Shown here piece by piece: positions 36,944 through 45,813 of a stretch of 64,000 bases of DNA. The notes beneath the pieces are model-generated. The model saw only the letters and a list, made by a program, of their open reading frames with translations. It did not search any database and was not told the origin of the DNA. The number at the start of each line of letters is the position of its first letter. Position 1 is the stretch's first letter. This DNA comes from an uncultured Candidatus Peribacteria bacterium (GTDB lineage: Bacteria; Patescibacteriota; Gracilibacteria; UBA4473): assembly GCA_964526665.1 (NCBI GenBank), contig CAZGJL010000004.1, positions 2,064 to 66,063 of the forward strand, in the 5' to 3' direction. Position numbers and translations under genes: made by a program.

Positions 36944-39900
36944 TCATGTAGTTCTGACTTCAATTTTCGTCAAAAGTGGTTCTCCATTTAATCCCATTTT
37001 TGAGTCCAGTGTAAAGGCTACCGTTTCTCCTCCTGTTTTTCGAAGAGCCCATACATCATTAAGTGTTTTTCCCTTAATACCATTTACTGTAACCGCTACA
37101 TCACTTGTCGAATATTCTAAAATCATATCTTTAATACTCTCCTGATCTATCGAATTTATTCCTGAATGGAAAAATGCTTCTAGTTGCTTTATCTTCATTG
37201 TGTGCTCAAACTCCTGTTTTATTGCTGGAGCATATTCAACTGTCTGTTGTGGACCAGCTGGCGGTGTAGTCGCACCATTTGCTGCTGCCGCAGCTACTGG
37301 AGCTTTCCCGATATCTGCTAATAGCGTTGGCTCAAAATCATCCTTCTTAAATTGCTCTGAAACACCGTCTTTCAATTCTCGATTTTTATTTTTTTCCATT
37401 CCTACGGCAGTGTATGAGAAAGGAAGTACTCCCGCGCCAATACCTCGTGATATTTTCTCTGTTTTCGTTACTGTTCTACCCGTCTGAAGAATTGCTTTGT
37501 CAAGTCTTGCTTTTGTCCACGTTCTTGGATCTAATACTGAATTTTTGAGATATGTCTCAACAGCTTTTCCCTTGTTACCAAGTAATTTTAATGGCTTAAG
37601 ACCCCATTTTAATGGAGTAAGCGCAAGATTTCCACCTTTCGCTAAATGTGTACCAGCTTTAAGAGATTTTGTCCCAATCCATTTTCCTGCGGTAGTAATT
37701 TTTGTTCCCACTCTCCCCATATTACTCAAAGTTGTGGTAACTCCCGTCCCAACTCCACCAGCCATCTTTCCCAAAAGTCCCGCCGTACGTCCCGCGGCTG
37801 TTCCACCACCTGTAAGTATTGTTGCTACAACATTCCCTCCAGCCTCTCCTATTCCCGCTGCAATTTCTCCCCATCCATGTATTGCATTCATGACTCCTCC
37901 TTCCTGAACTTTTGCCCATCCTGTTTTAAATGCCTCAACACCAAAAAATCCTGTGGCAAGACCCTTCCATGCCGCAGAAGCACATCCCGTTGGACCAATT
38001 CCAACAAGATTTCCTAATCCTGTGACTACCTTATCCGGATCTGTAATAAGTGTTCCTACACCTTCAACTAATCCTCCTGCCGCACGAAACAATCCCCCTA
38101 CGACTCCCGTAATAGGATTCGTAGCTAAAACATCTCCAATCCCATCTAATCCTTTTGCAACATTTTTCGTTAAGAAACCAACCGACATATCTAATACCGT
38201 TGCTGAATGCACGTCTAATGTTTGAATATATTCTGCTGTATCATTTGCTGCTTGCAAATACACTCCTGTTGCATTTTCAATCTCTGACACAGAACCATCT
38301 ACCTGTTCATCTAGCTGATAAACTGCTGGACCAACCATCTCAACGGCTTTTGTCTCAAATTCTGTAACAAGCTCTGCAATAATTCCCTTCCATGGCTCTG
38401 CGGTTGGAATTAGTCCTTCTGCTGTTAATTGTGCTTCAATATTTTTCTTTACATCTTCTTGAACCTTCTTTGGCTCATTCGTTTTCAAATTCTCTGAATT
38501 TGTTTGTAATACATTTCCATAGGTATCCAATCTTGTTTTTTTCTCTGCTAATTCTGTCTGTTTTTTTGCAAACTCTGTTTCAAATGTTGTTTTCTTTTCT
38601 TGAATTTCCTCTACACGACTATCTACACCAAACATTCCTGCCATATAATCCCCCATTCGTTTTTTCTTGGGATTCCATCCTATCCAGTCCCCTATTCTTA
38701 ATCCAATATCTCCAATAGCTCCTGGAATAATCAATGCTGATGACAAAGCAAATCGTCCTACATTAGCAAATGATAATTCTGATTTCTTTTCTTCAAACTC
38801 TGCAACTCTTGTTGCAAGGTCCTGACCACATGTTTGTAAAAAATTCACTTCTTCAAGCATTTTCAGCGATTCTGTTCGATGACTAATCATTCCCTGTTGA
38901 ATTGCCTCAAAGCTTTCAGGATTTGGTGGAGCAAGTTCTGTTTGATCAACTATCAATTTTTCTGGATCTGGTGTCTCCTTTGCAAGATCCTCTAGTTTCT
39001 TTTTATACGTATCTACTGTTTTTTTAATTTCATCATCTTTCTCCTTCAATTCTTCTTCTGTTTTTAATTTGTATTCTTTTTCAATACGTTCTTTTTCTTT
39101 TGATCCGGTTTCATACACTTCCACTTTATTCTCTTTCTCGTCTAATGCTTCTTGCAATCCTTTTAAGTCTTCTGCAAACTCTGGAAATCCTGCCGCTGCA
39201 GCTGTTGCTTTCATTAATTGTGCTTTGGCGGCATTAATAGGATCTATATAATCCTTATAATTCTCCATGCTCAAATCCTTCAGATCGATAGCATCGATCA
39301 TATCTCGAGCAAGATCGATAGCCTCTCGCGCAGCTTTTTCTTTCTCAATATTCTCAATCTCTAACAACTCTGCCTCACGCGCTTCAATACGAGTGATAAG
39401 ATCGTCCAATTGTTTATTCAATTGTGCTTTTTCTGCCACTGTTAATTTTTCATCCCCATCAATCTTTGTTCGCAGTGTAGAAATTTTTGTTCTCAATGCT
39501 GTTAATGCCGCTTTATCCATACTTCCAATTCCTTCACCAATTGCAGCAATTGCTGTTTCGTATCCTTCCATTGTTTCATTTCCTACTACTACTTCTGGAA
39601 CTACGGGGACTACTACGGGGACTACTACGGGGACTACTGGAACTACGGGGACAACAGGATCTTCTTCTATTAATTCAAATCCGTCATTAAGTAATACTTT
39701 TTCCTCCTCCGTATCAACTTTCAAAATATCTCGCTTTCCATCTCTATCCTTAACTTTCAACATACCTCCTTCAGTAAGTTTTATTTTTGCTTTGTTTTCT
39801 CTGTCTTTCAAAATTAATGTTCCATTTTTTCTTTCTACATATTTCTCTGTAGCACTTCCTTCATCAAAAATTGCTAACACTTTGGCCTTATCTACTTTTC

Positions 39901-40090
39901 CTGTTGTTAATTCCTTATTTAATTCATCCAGTTGTGTTTCTACTTCTGTTCGAAGATTGTCCTTCTCTTCCTTTAGCTCCCCAGGAGCATTTTTCTCCTT
40001 AATAACTTTCTCATTAAAAACCTCCCATACAAACTTTGTTGGGTGCTCTTTTGCCGAATATTGGTATAGGTTTTTCATGGTTTTGACCAA
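36944..40090 (-). CDS. large (1048 aa) coiled-coil / glycine-rich protein of unknown function
   Basis: No signal peptide. PVV-repeat linker, long Lys/Glu-rich coiled-coil segments, then a region of about 200 aa of GxxxG-type hydrophobic Gly-rich sequence. Confidence 0.75.
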   Translation of the reverse strand: MVKTMKNLYQYSAKEHPTKFVWEVFNEKVIKEKNAPGELKEEKDNLRTEVETQLDELNKELTTGKVDKAKVLAIFDEGSATEKYVERKNGTLILKDRENKAKIKLTEGGMLKVKDRDGKRDILKVDTEEEKVLLNDGFELIEEDPVVPVVPVVPVVVPVVVPVVPEVVVGNETMEGYETAIAAIGEGIGSMDKAALTALRTKISTLRTKIDGDEKLTVAEKAQLNKQLDDLITRIEAREAELLEIENIEKEKAAREAIDLARDMIDAIDLKDLSMENYKDYIDPINAAKAQLMKATAAAAGFPEFAEDLKGLQEALDEKENKVEVYETGSKEKERIEKEYKLKTEEELKEKDDEIKKTVDTYKKKLEDLAKETPDPEKLIVDQTELAPPNPESFEAIQQGMISHRTESLKMLEEVNFLQTCGQDLATRVAEFEEKKSELSFANVGRFALSSALIIPGAIGDIGLRIGDWIGWNPKKKRMGDYMAGMFGVDSRVEEIQEKKTTFETEFAKKQTELAEKKTRLDTYGNVLQTNSENLKTNEPKKVQEDVKKNIEAQLTAEGLIPTAEPWKGIIAELVTEFETKAVEMVGPAVYQLDEQVDGSVSEIENATGVYLQAANDTAEYIQTLDVHSATVLDMSVGFLTKNVAKGLDGIGDVLATNPITGVVGGLFRAAGGLVEGVGTLITDPDKVVTGLGNLVGIGPTGCASAAWKGLATGFFGVEAFKTGWAKVQEGGVMNAIHGWGEIAAGIGEAGGNVVATILTGGGTAAGRTAGLLGKMAGGVGTGVTTTLSNMGRVGTKITTAGKWIGTKSLKAGTHLAKGGNLALTPLKWGLKPLKLLGNKGKAVETYLKNSVLDPRTWTKARLDKAILQTGRTVTKTEKISRGIGAGVLPFSYTAVGMEKNKNRELKDGVSEQFKKDDFEPTLLADIGKAPVAAAAANGATTPPAGPQQTVEYAPAIKQEFEHTMKIKQLEAFFHSGINSIDQESIKDMILEYSTSDVAVTVNGIKGKTLNDVWALRKTGGETVAFTLDSKMGLNGEPLLTKIEVRTT
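39584..39658 (-). repeat. in-frame microsatellite encoding PVVPVVPVVPVVVPVVVPVVPEVVV
   Basis: The plus strand shows reiterated actacgggg/actactgg units. The position was computed from codons 145-169. Confidence 0.8.
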
Positions 40091-40129
40091 AAAATCCTAT
40101 TATTCTACCCCATTTCCATTTTTTTTTCA

Positions 40130-40161
40130 AGTATAAAAAACTCCCACTCAATGAGTAGGAG
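40130..40161 (-). terminator. rho-independent terminator after pnp
   Basis: Hairpin CTCCCACTC-AAT-GAGTAGGAG at 40141-40161, followed by a T-run on the minus strand. Confidence 0.55.
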
Positions 40162-40188
40162 CTTTTGCTTTTATAATTAAATATCGAA

Positions 40189-42315
40189 CTAAATCTCTCG
40201 ATCTTGTTCTACTTCCTTCATTGATAACTTAATTCGTCCCATTTTATCAACTCCTGTTAATTTCACATTTACTTTATCTCCTTCTTTCAAAACCTCTGAA
40301 ACATTTTCGATTCGTCGGTTTGCTATTTCTGATACGTGAACCAAAGCTTCTTTTCCAGGAACAAACTCAACAAACGCTCCAAAGTCCATAATTGATTTCA
40401 CTGTTGAATCTTTGAAGATATCTCCTACCTCTGGCTCATAAGCCAAAGATTTGATTGCTGCAACTGCTGCCGCTGAGTTTTCTCCACTTGATGAAGAAAC
40501 CATAACTAATCCGTCGTCTTCAAGATCAATTTTTACATCGTGTTCTGCACATAATCCCTGAATTGTTTCTCCACCTTTTCCAATAACAATACGAATATAG
40601 TCTGGATTAATGTGAAATGAAGTAACTCGTGGGGCAAATTCGTTCATCTCCTCTCGTGGAGCTGGAATTGCTGCTTTCATAGATTTCAAAATATCAGCAC
40701 GACCTGTTTGCGCTTGATCAAGAGCTTCTTTCAAAAGGCTCATATCTAGTCCTTTCAACTTGATATCCATCTGCAATGCAGTCAATCCATTCTCGTCTCC
40801 ACAAACTTTCAAGTCCATGTCTCCACAGAAATCTTCCTGTGCCTGTATATCTGACAAAATGTTGTACTCTCCTGTCTCTTCATCCATAACCAATCCCATA
40901 GCAATTCCTGAAATGGCCGCTTTGATTGGGATTCCTCCATCCATAAGAGCCAATGTTGATCCACATACTGAAGCCATTGAACTTGATCCATTACAAGCCA
41001 AAATCTCTGACACTACTCGAAGTGTGTACGGGAAATTATCTTTTTCTTTTGTTGGCAACACATATTGCAAAGCTCTCTCTGCCAATGTTCCATGACCAAT
41101 CTCTCGTCGGTTTGTTCCACGCAATGGTTTTACCTCCCCTACTGAGTATGGTGGGAAGTTATAGTGGTGGAAATAATATTTGTTAAACTCTGGTCGATCT
41201 GGATCATCCAAAAGCTGAGCATCTCCAACCGAACCAACTGTCAAAACTGAAAGAGCCTGTGTGTCTCCTCGGTTAAACAATCCTGTACCGTGAGTTCGTG
41301 GCAATACACTCACCTCAGAATCCAATGCTCGAATATCTGTAAATCCTCGTCCATCAAGACGTTTTTTTGTCGTCATAATCTGATTTCGAATGTATTTCTT
41401 CAATCTTTTGTCGAAGAAAGTCATCAAGTCTCCTTTTGAAACTTCTTCATTCTCGATTGCTGTAGCACATGACTCAATTAGTTTTTCCTGAAGGGCTGCA
41501 ATTGTTTTTTTCAATTCCTTTTTACCAACTCCTCCAACCGTCTCCCAGTCAGATTGAGTCAATGCATTGTTTATCAATTCTTCAGCAGTAACATTTACTT
41601 CTCGAATCTGTGGAACTTTCGGTGTGATATCAAATTGTGATGCTAACTCTAATTGAGCTGCACATAGTTTTTTTATTCGTTCGTGAGCAAACTCAAACGC
41701 TGCAATCATTTTGTCGTTTGAAATCAATCGTGCTCCTGCCTCAACCATCATAACTGCTTCTTCTGTACCAGCGATGATCAAATCCAAATCTCCATTGTCA
41801 ACTTGATCATATGTAGGATTAAGGAAGAACTCTCCTTTTTCATCCATTCCTACTCGAACTGCTGCAATGGGCGCCTCGAAAGGAATCCCTGAAAGCTGCA
41901 ATGCCATTGATGCTCCTGTCATTGCTGCTGCTGCATCTGAATGTGTTCCATCTGCCTGCAAAAGCGTCACAATAATCTGGACATCGTTCATCATTCCTTT
42001 TGGGAACATTGGACGAAGTGGACGATCAATCATTCGTGCTGTCAAAATCGCACTCTCTGGTGGTCGACCTTCACGTTTCATAAATCGTGAACCTTTTATT
42101 TTTCCCGTTGCGTAGTATTTTGGATCGTAGTCACACATAAGAGGAAAGAAATCCATTCCTGGTCGTGGGTTATCATTCATTCCTGCTGTTGCAAGAAGCA
42201 CTGAGTTTCCGTATTTTATTACGGCTGATCCATCTGCCAAATTGGCAAGTTTTCCAGATTCAAAAGTGAAATCTACACCATCTAGCTGAACTGTTACTGA
42301 TTTTGCTGCTGCCAT
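40189..42315 (-). CDS. pnp: polyribonucleotide nucleotidyltransferase (PNPase)
   Basis: 708 aa with two RNase PH domains, KH (IGKGGETI) and an S1 domain. Classic rpsO-pnp arrangement. Confidence 0.97.
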   Translation of the reverse strand: MAAAKSVTVQLDGVDFTFESGKLANLADGSAVIKYGNSVLLATAGMNDNPRPGMDFFPLMCDYDPKYYATGKIKGSRFMKREGRPPESAILTARMIDRPLRPMFPKGMMNDVQIIVTLLQADGTHSDAAAAMTGASMALQLSGIPFEAPIAAVRVGMDEKGEFFLNPTYDQVDNGDLDLIIAGTEEAVMMVEAGARLISNDKMIAAFEFAHERIKKLCAAQLELASQFDITPKVPQIREVNVTAEELINNALTQSDWETVGGVGKKELKKTIAALQEKLIESCATAIENEEVSKGDLMTFFDKRLKKYIRNQIMTTKKRLDGRGFTDIRALDSEVSVLPRTHGTGLFNRGDTQALSVLTVGSVGDAQLLDDPDRPEFNKYYFHHYNFPPYSVGEVKPLRGTNRREIGHGTLAERALQYVLPTKEKDNFPYTLRVVSEILACNGSSSMASVCGSTLALMDGGIPIKAAISGIAMGLVMDEETGEYNILSDIQAQEDFCGDMDLKVCGDENGLTALQMDIKLKGLDMSLLKEALDQAQTGRADILKSMKAAIPAPREEMNEFAPRVTSFHINPDYIRIVIGKGGETIQGLCAEHDVKIDLEDDGLVMVSSSSGENSAAAVAAIKSLAYEPEVGDIFKDSTVKSIMDFGAFVEFVPGKEALVHVSEIANRRIENVSEVLKEGDKVNVKLTGVDKMGRIKLSMKEVEQDREI

Positions 42316-42361
42316 ATTTTTATATAATTACAAAATATTCACGGAAAAGGTATTTCCTCCG

Positions 42362-42396
42362 TGAGAAAAAGAAAAAGTCCCGCCAAGGCGAGACTT
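42362..42396 (-). terminator. rpsO terminator / pnp leader hairpin
   Basis: Hairpin AAGTCCCGCC..GGCGAGACTT at 42375-42396 followed by a T-run on the minus strand. This is the position of the known rpsO-pnp attenuator and RNase III site in other bacteria. Confidence 0.6.
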
Positions 42397-42400
42397 AAAT

Positions 42401-42664
42401 TTACTTTCGAAGACCGAGTTGTTTCACAACATCGGCATACTGAGACACATTACTCATTTGTAAGTATTTCAATAGTCGGCGACGTTTTCCTACCATCCCA
42501 AGAAGACCTCTTCGTGAGTGCTTGTCTTTCTTATGTGATCGTAGGTGATCTGTTAAATCTGCGATTTTTTGAGTCAGAATCGCAATCTGTACCCGCGAAG
42601 ATCCAGTGTCTTTCGCATGCGTTTGAAATTTATTCATAACGCTTTTCTTTTCGTCTTTCTTCAT
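42401..42664 (-). CDS. rpsO: 30S ribosomal protein S15
   Basis: [37 protein letters not shown] matches S15. Confidence 0.95.
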   Translation of the reverse strand: MKKDEKKSVMNKFQTHAKDTGSSRVQIAILTQKIADLTDHLRSHKKDKHSRRGLLGMVGKRRRLLKYLQMSNVSQYADVVKQLGLRK

Positions 42665-42731
42665 TTTATTAAAATTAATTCGTCGGAAGTGTAGCTTTTA
42701 TTGCTCTTTGGTCAAATTTTTCAAAAAAACT

Positions 42732-42760
42732 TTGACAGTCCTGTTCAAAATCGCCAAAAT
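42732..42760 (+). promoter_or_regulatory. putative promoter TTGACA-17nt-CAAAAT for tRNA-Val
   Basis: Consensus -35 at 42732-42737 and -10 at 42755-42760, 24 nt before the tRNA. Confidence 0.5.
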
Positions 42761-42784
42761 CCCGCCCGTAATCAACTTTATTGT

Positions 42785-42861
42785 GAGCGATTAGCTCAGT
42801 TGGCTAGAGCGCCTGCTTGACTTGCAGGAAGTCACAGGTTCGAATCCTGTATCGCTCACCA
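42785..42861 (+). tRNA. tRNA-Val (GAC), CCA encoded
   Basis: Acceptor GAGCGAT/ATCGCTC, D-arm GCTC..GAGC, anticodon stem CCTGC/GCAGG with loop TTGACTT, T-arm ACAGG-TTCGAAT-CCTGT. Confidence 0.93.
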
Positions 42862-42872
42862 CTTGCTTAAAG

Positions 42873-42900
42873 TTGACACCGTTCGGAAAATCAGTACATT
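42873..42900 (+). promoter_or_regulatory. putative promoter TTGACA-16nt-TACATT for rpsT
   Basis: -35 at 42873-42878 and -10 at 42895-42900. Confidence 0.5.
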
Positions 42901-42929
42901 TCGCGCGAAAATAACTTTCCTTGAGGCAC

Positions 42930-43286
42930 ATGCCAATTATCAAATCCGCTATCAAACGAGTTCGACAAACTGAACGACGCACTGCACGAAATATTGTTCG
43001 TAAGCGTGTATTAAAAGAAACACTAAAAGACTTCATTACTCTTATTGAGGAGAAAAAGTTTGCAGAAGCTACAAAATTACTTCCTACAGTACAAAAGAAT
43101 ATTGATCTTTTTGTAAAAAATAACTTATGGCATGCTAGTAAAGGAGCGCGAATCAAGTCTCAGTATGCAAAAATGTTGCCAAAAACAACAGCAAAAACGG
43201 CTCCTGCTGCTAAACCCGCTGTAGAGAAATCAGTCTCTGCTAAAGCTGCGACTGACAAAAAAGCTCCTGCAAAAAAAGCAGAGTAA
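42930..43286 (+). CDS. rpsT: 30S ribosomal protein S20 with Ala/Lys-rich C-terminal tail
   Basis: MPIIKSAIKRVRQTERRTARN is the S20 N-terminus, starting from the ATG at 42930. The tail is AKTAPAAKPAVEKSVSAKAATDKKAPAKKAE. Confidence 0.85.
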   Translation: MPIIKSAIKRVRQTERRTARNIVRKRVLKETLKDFITLIEEKKFAEATKLLPTVQKNIDLFVKNNLWHASKGARIKSQYAKMLPKTTAKTAPAAKPAVEKSVSAKAATDKKAPAKKAE

Positions 43287-43312
43287 TTATAGTTCAAACT
43301 TAAAATTTAGAA

Positions 43313-43335
43313 ATCCTGCTCCGGCGGGATTTTTT
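43313..43335. terminator. bidirectional terminator between rpsT and lspA
   Basis: ATCCTGC-TCCG-GCGGGAT followed by TTTTT. Confidence 0.6.
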
Positions 43336-43780
43336 ATTTCTGAGTTTTTTTAGAGACCGGTCTCCAGTTTGTAATTTCTCCCCACAACAAAACAACTACC
43401 CCAAATGTCACCAAGATATCTGCCACATTAAATATTGGGAAACTCCAAAAAGCAAAGAAATCTGTCACTTGTCCAAAGAAGACTCGATCAATAGCATTTC
43501 CAATTGCACCTGAAGCAAGTAACACTGCTGCCCATTTTTCATAAACCGAGCGTTCTTTTTTGCTCGACCAGTAGAAGAGAAACCCCGACACCGCCAGGGC
43601 AATAATAATCAATATTAATTGTGGTGCAGGCAAGCTGAATGCAAATCCCTTATTAAATGCGAGCTGTAATCGCACATCACTAAACAGTGGAATCGTGTTT
43701 TCAAATAGTTCTGCTCGGGCCACATATTTTGTGATCTGATCAAAGGCTATAAAAACGGGAGCAAGGAGCCAGAGCTTCAT
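43334..43780 (-). CDS. lspA: lipoprotein signal peptidase II
   Basis: FDQITKY, AFNKGFAFS, GNAIDRV and FNVADI motifs. Confidence 0.88.
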   Translation of the reverse strand: MKLWLLAPVFIAFDQITKYVARAELFENTIPLFSDVRLQLAFNKGFAFSLPAPQLILIIIALAVSGFLFYWSSKKERSVYEKWAAVLLASGAIGNAIDRVFFGQVTDFFAFWSFPIFNVADILVTFGVVVLLWGEITNWRPVSKKTQK

Positions 43781-43919
43781 TGTTGAGAGTTTGATTTAAA
43801 AAACATATGAAATCAAATTCAAAAAATATCTCATGAATATTTAATGAAGTTATTAGGTTGCTTTTCTTGTTTCTAAAAAACCCACACATACGCTGACATC
43901 AATATAGAAGTTACAAAAA

Positions 43920-45293
43920 ATGAAATTAAAAAACAAAACACATTGTACCTTGCCAACGGATAATGGTGATTTTGACTTTCATTTGTTTACAGAAAAAACA
44001 CCTGAAAAAATCCATGAACATTTTGCTCTCGTTATGGGCGAAGTAAAGAATCAAACAGATGTATTGTTACGAATACACTCAGAATGTTCTTCTGGGGACA
44101 TATTTGGGTGCCAACGATGCGACTGCCAAGATCAACTACACGCCTCTATGGATATGATAAAAGAAAAAACACAAGGAGTTCTCCTCTACCTCAGACAAGA
44201 GGGACGAGGAATTGGAATTGAAAACAAAATGAATGCCTATAATCTTCAAGATAAAGGTCTTGATACCGTAGAGGCAAACGTAGCACTTGGATTTGAAGCG
44301 GATTATCGTACATATGATATCGCAACTGAAATGCTCAAACATTTCCAAATTGATTCGGTGAATATTCTTTCTAATAATCCTGAAAAAATTCAACAGCTAG
44401 AAGCTTCTGGTATTCCTGTAACCAAAAGAATTCCACTCATCATAAATTCAGAAACCCGGGATCGAACGGAATTATTTAAAACAAAACAGAAAAAACTTGG
44501 ACATTTGTTTGGTGATTTGGACTCACTTAAATCAAATAGTCCTGTTATGAATACTCCATATGAATTCACTCATTCTGATTTTATAAATGGAGCACCTGAA
44601 GCATCCGAAGAAACCATTGAACTTTCTGAAAAAATAAAACTCCGTCTACAAGACGAATTACAAGACGATCTTTCTTTATTGTTATTACAAGGCTCAAGCA
44701 TGCGAGGAGATGGAGATGAAAACAGTGATCATGACTACATATGCATTCTCAAAAATATTAATCGAAACACGACAACTGTTTTTTCAAAGATAAAGAATGA
44801 ATTTCCCAATACTGATTTTCTCTATGTAAGCGAAGAAGAATATCACTCTTATCCTCCTAATTTACGCTTACAGTTTTTTTTAAGTCGCACCATACATGGA
44901 ACTTTTGATCTTGAAGAACCTCCAACGAAAGACGAAATATTACAAACAGCTGTTCATTACGCTCTTCAATTCAAAGATGCTCTTCGTCCATTAATTCCCA
45001 AATTATCAGCAAACCCAAATGATCCCGTATTACTTGATCAATCCAAAATGCTCCTCAAACGATTTGATGACTGTTTTCTGCGAATTGTTTGCTTGTATGT
45101 GACAGATACATACCCCCTCAATAAGGACGTATTACGTGAATCTGTCGTATCTCATTCCATAAATCAAATCACACAAGTCATTGATAATTCTTATGCTCAA
45201 GAGCTCCCCATTAATGAAGTTCTCCAAGCCCTTGAAAACGCCAACCGCCTGTCTTCACTCTTTTTAAAAAGATTTTCTAGAAATAAATATTAA
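43920..45293 (+). CDS. ribA: GTP cyclohydrolase II fused to a polymerase-beta-type nucleotidyltransferase domain
   Basis: N-terminal half: RIHSECSSGDIFGCQRCDCQDQL, LRQEGRGIGIENK and NNPEKI. C-terminal half: GSSMRGDGDENSDHDY (GS-x10-DxD) plus a helical tail. Confidence 0.8.
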   Translation: MKLKNKTHCTLPTDNGDFDFHLFTEKTPEKIHEHFALVMGEVKNQTDVLLRIHSECSSGDIFGCQRCDCQDQLHASMDMIKEKTQGVLLYLRQEGRGIGIENKMNAYNLQDKGLDTVEANVALGFEADYRTYDIATEMLKHFQIDSVNILSNNPEKIQQLEASGIPVTKRIPLIINSETRDRTELFKTKQKKLGHLFGDLDSLKSNSPVMNTPYEFTHSDFINGAPEASEETIELSEKIKLRLQDELQDDLSLLLLQGSSMRGDGDENSDHDYICILKNINRNTTTVFSKIKNEFPNTDFLYVSEEEYHSYPPNLRLQFFLSRTIHGTFDLEEPPTKDEILQTAVHYALQFKDALRPLIPKLSANPNDPVLLDQSKMLLKRFDDCFLRIVCLYVTDTYPLNKDVLRESVVSHSINQITQVIDNSYAQELPINEVLQALENANRLSSLFLKRFSRNKY

Positions 45294-45297
45294 AAAA

Positions 45298-45813
45298 ATG
45301 AATTATTTTATTGCCCTCATACCAAAATTTTCTCAGGAATTATATGAAAAAATACTTCATGTATTAGAATTTGATACTCGATCAGAAGTGAATTTTCCTC
45401 TTCATTTAACACTGCGTTATTTTTATTTTTTAGACGACCCTCGTGTCATAAAAAACTGGGTCACAGAATTTGAAAAAAATCCGTCAAAATGTTTTCATGC
45501 AACCGTAAAAGAGGTCTCTTTTTTTGAGCACCAAGGCCAAGAAGAAGTTTATTTTTTAGATGTTTGTGCTCATGAAATATATGCTTTATATCAAAAACTA
45601 ACCGTTCTAAAATCCTTCTCTGAAGACATCCTTCCTTTTCATCCACATGTAAGTCTTATCTTTCCCAAACAAAATCTTTCACCCGAGGAAAAGAAAAAAA
45701 TTAAAGATATTTTTGCAGATATACGCACTATAGAATTTGATAGACTCGCACTTTTTTCAGAAAAAAATAATACTTTTAAAATTGAAAAAATGGTTTCCCT
45801 GAAAAATACATGA
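45298..45813 (+). CDS. 2H phosphoesterase superfamily protein (LigT/cyclic phosphodiesterase-like)
   Basis: Two HxT/S motifs, PLHLTLRY and HPHVSLIF. 171 aa. Confidence 0.6.
   Translation: MNYFIALIPKFSQELYEKILHVLEFDTRSEVNFPLHLTLRYFYFLDDPRVIKNWVTEFEKNPSKCFHATVKEVSFFEHQGQEEVYFLDVCAHEIYALYQKLTVLKSFSEDILPFHPHVSLIFPKQNLSPEEKKKIKDIFADIRTIEFDRLALFSEKNNTFKIEKMVSLKNT

Noticed and set aside
39267-40136. 289-aa plus-strand ORF rich in Ser/Thr/Phe
   Set aside because: It is entirely antisense to the Lys/Glu-rich coiled-coil part of the 1048-aa gene. Its mirror-image low complexity is typical of a shadow ORF.
42791-43156. 121-aa minus-strand ORF
   Set aside because: It overlaps tRNA-Val and the S20 gene on the opposite strand, both of which are strongly supported.
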